From: Desulfatiglandales bacterium
GTDB lineage: Bacteria > Desulfobacterota > DSM-4660 > Desulfatiglandales > Desulfatiglandaceae
Assembly: GCA_963662465.1 (NCBI GenBank)
Contig: OY759599.1
Span: 608,001 to 672,000 of the forward strand
Direction: 5' to 3'
DNA length: 64,000 nucleotides
Numbering within the stretch: position 1 is the stretch's first letter; every line of letters begins with the position of its first letter. Below, piece after piece: positions 60,914 to 64,000 of this stretch. The translations under genes and the position numbers were made by a program. Under the pieces are notes generated by a model that was not told the origin of the DNA, ran no database searches, and worked only from the letters and a program-made list of their open reading frames with translations.

Positions 60914-62557
60914 ATGAGCGATCGGTCCTATCAGCCGGGAGAGGCTTACAAGTATCAATTGATCATCAAGCAGTTGTTCGATGGCACCTTGAACCTGGAT
61001 CTTAATCAGGAGATTGTATATCGGGACAAGGTCCGGCTGACGTATCGGAAGATGCGGGAGCGGGTCCACAGACTGGCCTCGGCCCTGACGAAGCTCGGCG
61101 TCGGAAAAGGGGATACCGTATGCGTATTCGATTACGACAGCCACCGTTACTTTGAGTGTTACTTCGCCGTTCCGATGATCGGTGCGGTTTTGCATACACA
61201 GAACTGGCGCCTTTCACCGGATCAGATCCTCTACACGATGAACCACGCTGAGGACAAAATCGTCCTGGTCAATGCGGAGTTCCTCCCGCTCCTCGAATCG
61301 GTCAGGGACAAGCTGCCCACTATAAAAAAGGTTATTCTCCTGACCGACGACGGATCAAAACCGGAAACGAAGATGAAGATCGACGGCGAGTATGAGGCGT
61401 TATTAAAAGAGGCCTCGGCGGAATACGAGTTCCCGGAGGATCTGGACGAGAATACCAGGGCCACCATCTTCTACACGAGCGGAACGACGGGCCTGCCCAA
61501 GGGCGTCTTTTTCTCCCACAGGCAGCTGGTCCTCCATACGCTCGTCAATACCCTTCAGGGGGTATACGAGACGCCCGGAAGGTTCCGTTCAACGGATGTC
61601 TATATGCCGCTTACCCCGATGTTTCATGTGCATGCCTGGGGTATGCCCTATAATGCGACGGTGATGGGGGTTAAACAGGTCTACCCCGGAAAATACGACC
61701 CCGCCTTTCTCCTGCAACTGATCAAGAACGAGAAGGTCACTTTCTCGCACTGTGTTCCGACGATCCTTCACATGCTCATCAGCCATCCCGCGGCAAAAGA
61801 GATCGATCTCTCCGGATGGAAACTCGTCATCGGAGGTGCCCGCCTTCCGAGGGGGCTTGCCAAAGCGGCCATGGATCTCGGAATCGAAATCTATTCCGGG
61901 TACGGTATGTCCGAGACCTGCCCGTGCCTCTCCACGGGCGCCCTAAAGCCCTATATGTTGGGATGGGATAAGGAAAAGAAACTCGACAGGTTGATTTCGA
62001 ACTGTGTGACGTTACCTCTGGTCAAGGCCAAGATCATTGATTCCGACGGGAAGGACCTCCCCCATGACGGCGCCGCTATCGGTGAACTGGTATTGCGGGG
62101 GCCGTGGTTTACCGAGGGGTATTTCAAAGATCTGGATAGAACAAAGGAATTGTGGGTTGACGGATGGCTCCACACCGGTGATGTGGCCTGCATCGATCAG
62201 GACGAATATATCCAGCTTACGGACCGGATGAAGGACGTGATCAAGACGGGTGGAGAGTGGATCTCTTCTCTGGACCTTGAAAACTTGGCGACCCTTCATG
62301 AGGCGGTGGCGGAGTCGGCCGCCATCGGCGTGGTGGATCCCAAGTGGGGGGAAAGGCCGATGATCCTGGTGGTACTCAAGCCGGAATTTGACGGCAGGGT
62401 TACGGGGGATGACATCCGAAGTTTCCTGACCGATTTCGCCGCAGCCGGAAAGATCCCCAAGTACGGGGTACCGGACACGGTTCAGATCGTGAAGGAGATC
62501 CCCAAGACGAGCGTCGGAAAGATCAACAAACTAGAACTGCGAAAGAGATACAGGTAA
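60914..62557 (+). CDS. Acyl-CoA synthetase (fatty acid-CoA ligase)
   Basis: YTSGTTGLPKG, MFHVHAWG, GYGMSET, WLHTGD, DRMKDVIKTGGEW, PKTSVGK. Confidence 0.95.
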   Translation: MSDRSYQPGEAYKYQLIIKQLFDGTLNLDLNQEIVYRDKVRLTYRKMRERVHRLASALTKLGVGKGDTVCVFDYDSHRYFECYFAVPMIGAVLHTQNWRLSPDQILYTMNHAEDKIVLVNAEFLPLLESVRDKLPTIKKVILLTDDGSKPETKMKIDGEYEALLKEASAEYEFPEDLDENTRATIFYTSGTTGLPKGVFFSHRQLVLHTLVNTLQGVYETPGRFRSTDVYMPLTPMFHVHAWGMPYNATVMGVKQVYPGKYDPAFLLQLIKNEKVTFSHCVPTILHMLISHPAAKEIDLSGWKLVIGGARLPRGLAKAAMDLGIEIYSGYGMSETCPCLSTGALKPYMLGWDKEKKLDRLISNCVTLPLVKAKIIDSDGKDLPHDGAAIGELVLRGPWFTEGYFKDLDRTKELWVDGWLHTGDVACIDQDEYIQLTDRMKDVIKTGGEWISSLDLENLATLHEAVAESAAIGVVDPKWGERPMILVVLKPEFDGRVTGDDIRSFLTDFAAAGKIPKYGVPDTVQIVKEIPKTSVGKINKLELRKRYR

Positions 62558-62675
62558 GACCTTTCGTTGGAGGAAGCCTCTACACGGCGGGAAAAAGCCG
62601 CAAATTAGTGTATACTTCCATGTGACGGTGGAAAAGTTGAAAAGAAACGGACACAAGAGGCAAGGAGAAAATTGA

Positions 62676-64000
62676 ATGAAAAAAATTTCACTGAAGGTAA
62701 ACGGACGAAATTATCAATTTGTGGTGGAACCGGAAAGGGTCCTTATTGATCTTCTGCGGGAGGACCTGCACCTTATCGGGGCCAAGCAATCCTGTGACCG
62801 AAAAGGTCAATGCGGGGCCTGTACCGTTCTCGTCAACAAAAAAGCGACGCTGTCCTGTCTGACCAAGGTGGCCGATCTGGAAGGCGCCGATGTGATCACC
62901 GTGGAGGGCCTGGGCACACCGGATAATCCGCATCTGATTCAGGAGGCCTTCGTGCTGTCAGGGGCCGTCCAATGCGGATTCTGCACGCCGGGCATGATCA
63001 TGGGGACCAAGGCGCTTCTGGACCGGAATCCGGACCCGGACGCGGAGGCGATCAAGAAGGCCCTGGCGCATAATTTATGCCGCTGCACCGGATACACGAA
63101 GATTATTGACGCCGTGAAGCTGTCCGGTCGATTTTTACGCGGCGAGACGACGCCCGATCAGGTGAGACCCGACCCAAAGAGCGGCGTGCTGGGCGTCTCC
63201 CACCCGAGACCTTCGGCCATGATCAAGGCCTGCGGACTGGCGGAATTCTCGGCCGATATAAAACTTCAGGGCGCAGCCGAATTGGCGGTGGTTCGCAGCA
63301 CGGAGCATCACGCCAAAATAAAATCAATCGATACCGCCGAGGCCGAAAAGATGCCCGGCGTCATCGGGGTCATGACCGCCAGGGACATCCTGGGGACCAA
63401 CCGAATTCAGTTCATATTTAATGACCAGCCCGTGTTGTGCGATGAGAAGGTCCGGTGCCTGGGGGATCCCATCGCGGTGGTGGCGGCCGATACCCTGGAC
63501 CAGGCTCTGGCCGCGGCGGCAGCCGTAGAGGTAGCCTATGATCCCCTGCCGGTTATGATGAGCCCGCCGGAGGCCCTTGTGGAGGGCGCAGTACAGCTCC
63601 ATGACGAGTTTCCCAACCTTTGCTATCAACAACCCCAGATCAAGGGGAATGCCAAAGAAGCCTTTGCAAAATCAGCCAAGATGGTTGAGGCCGAGTTCAC
63701 CACCCAGCTCAATCATCAGGCCCCTCTGGAGCCGGAAGCTAGTGTCGCCTATCTCGAAGGGGAAGGAGAAGAGGCCCTGCTCGTGGTGATTGGACGAAGC
63801 ATCATGATTCACTCCCATATGGCCATGCTCCAGGGGGCTCTGGGATGGGAAAACATGCGCTATGAGGAGGCCTATACCGGAGGGCAGTTCGGGATCAAGG
63901 TGGGCATTACCTCAGAGGGAATTGCCGGGGCCGCGGCCCTTCATTTTAAAAGACCCGTCCGGTATATCCCCAGCATTCATGAGTCCATGCTCATGACGAG
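62676..64000 (+). CDS. Molybdopterin aldehyde oxidoreductase, copy 2 (runs off window)
   Basis: ATG at 62676; near-identical to the 5' 1.3 kb of 30619-33273. Confidence 0.95.
   Translation, partial: MKKISLKVNGRNYQFVVEPERVLIDLLREDLHLIGAKQSCDRKGQCGACTVLVNKKATLSCLTKVADLEGADVITVEGLGTPDNPHLIQEAFVLSGAVQCGFCTPGMIMGTKALLDRNPDPDAEAIKKALAHNLCRCTGYTKIIDAVKLSGRFLRGETTPDQVRPDPKSGVLGVSHPRPSAMIKACGLAEFSADIKLQGAAELAVVRSTEHHAKIKSIDTAEAEKMPGVIGVMTARDILGTNRIQFIFNDQPVLCDEKVRCLGDPIAVVAADTLDQALAAAAAVEVAYDPLPVMMSPPEALVEGAVQLHDEFPNLCYQQPQIKGNAKEAFAKSAKMVEAEFTTQLNHQAPLEPEASVAYLEGEGEEALLVVIGRSIMIHSHMAMLQGALGWENMRYEEAYTGGQFGIKVGITSEGIAGAAALHFKRPVRYIPSIHESMLMT

Overview
Bacterial window, most consistent with an anaerobic deltaproteobacterium (DsrC/TusE-like protein, MOP-type aldehyde oxidoreductase, several sigma-54 systems); this taxonomy is inferred, not shown. 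1-9.4 kb is a defence operon: SNF2-like helicase, Schlafen/AlbA_2 ATPase-HTH protein, and type III Mod and Res. 9.5-15.3 kb is a decayed satellite/integrative replication module (split primases, iteron-like repeats) plus a truncated AcrVA2/FinQ-like gene and structured non-coding stretches. 15.3-24.4 kb holds a TetR-controlled RND efflux operon, an AAA-PD-(D/E)xK gene and an IS fragment. 24.4-34.8 kb is a two-component sigma-54 regulon (acyl-CoA dehydrogenase, aldehyde oxidoreductase, TusE-like protein, broken cysteine desulfurase). 34.8-48.3 kb is a minus-strand integron cassette array with no integrase in the window. It has several attC sites, four toxin-antitoxin-type pairs, HNH/HEPN/RES cassettes, an 828-nt ORF-less group IIC intron inserted exactly in an attC inverse core, and a 54-bp double-hairpin element at an attC crossover. 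48.8-52.3 kb is an ISKra4-like IS in a broken RND locus. 52.4-64 kb is an XylR-type sigma-54 catabolic operon ending in a near-identical second aldehyde oxidoreductase copy. All family assignments are by motif recognition; no searches were run.
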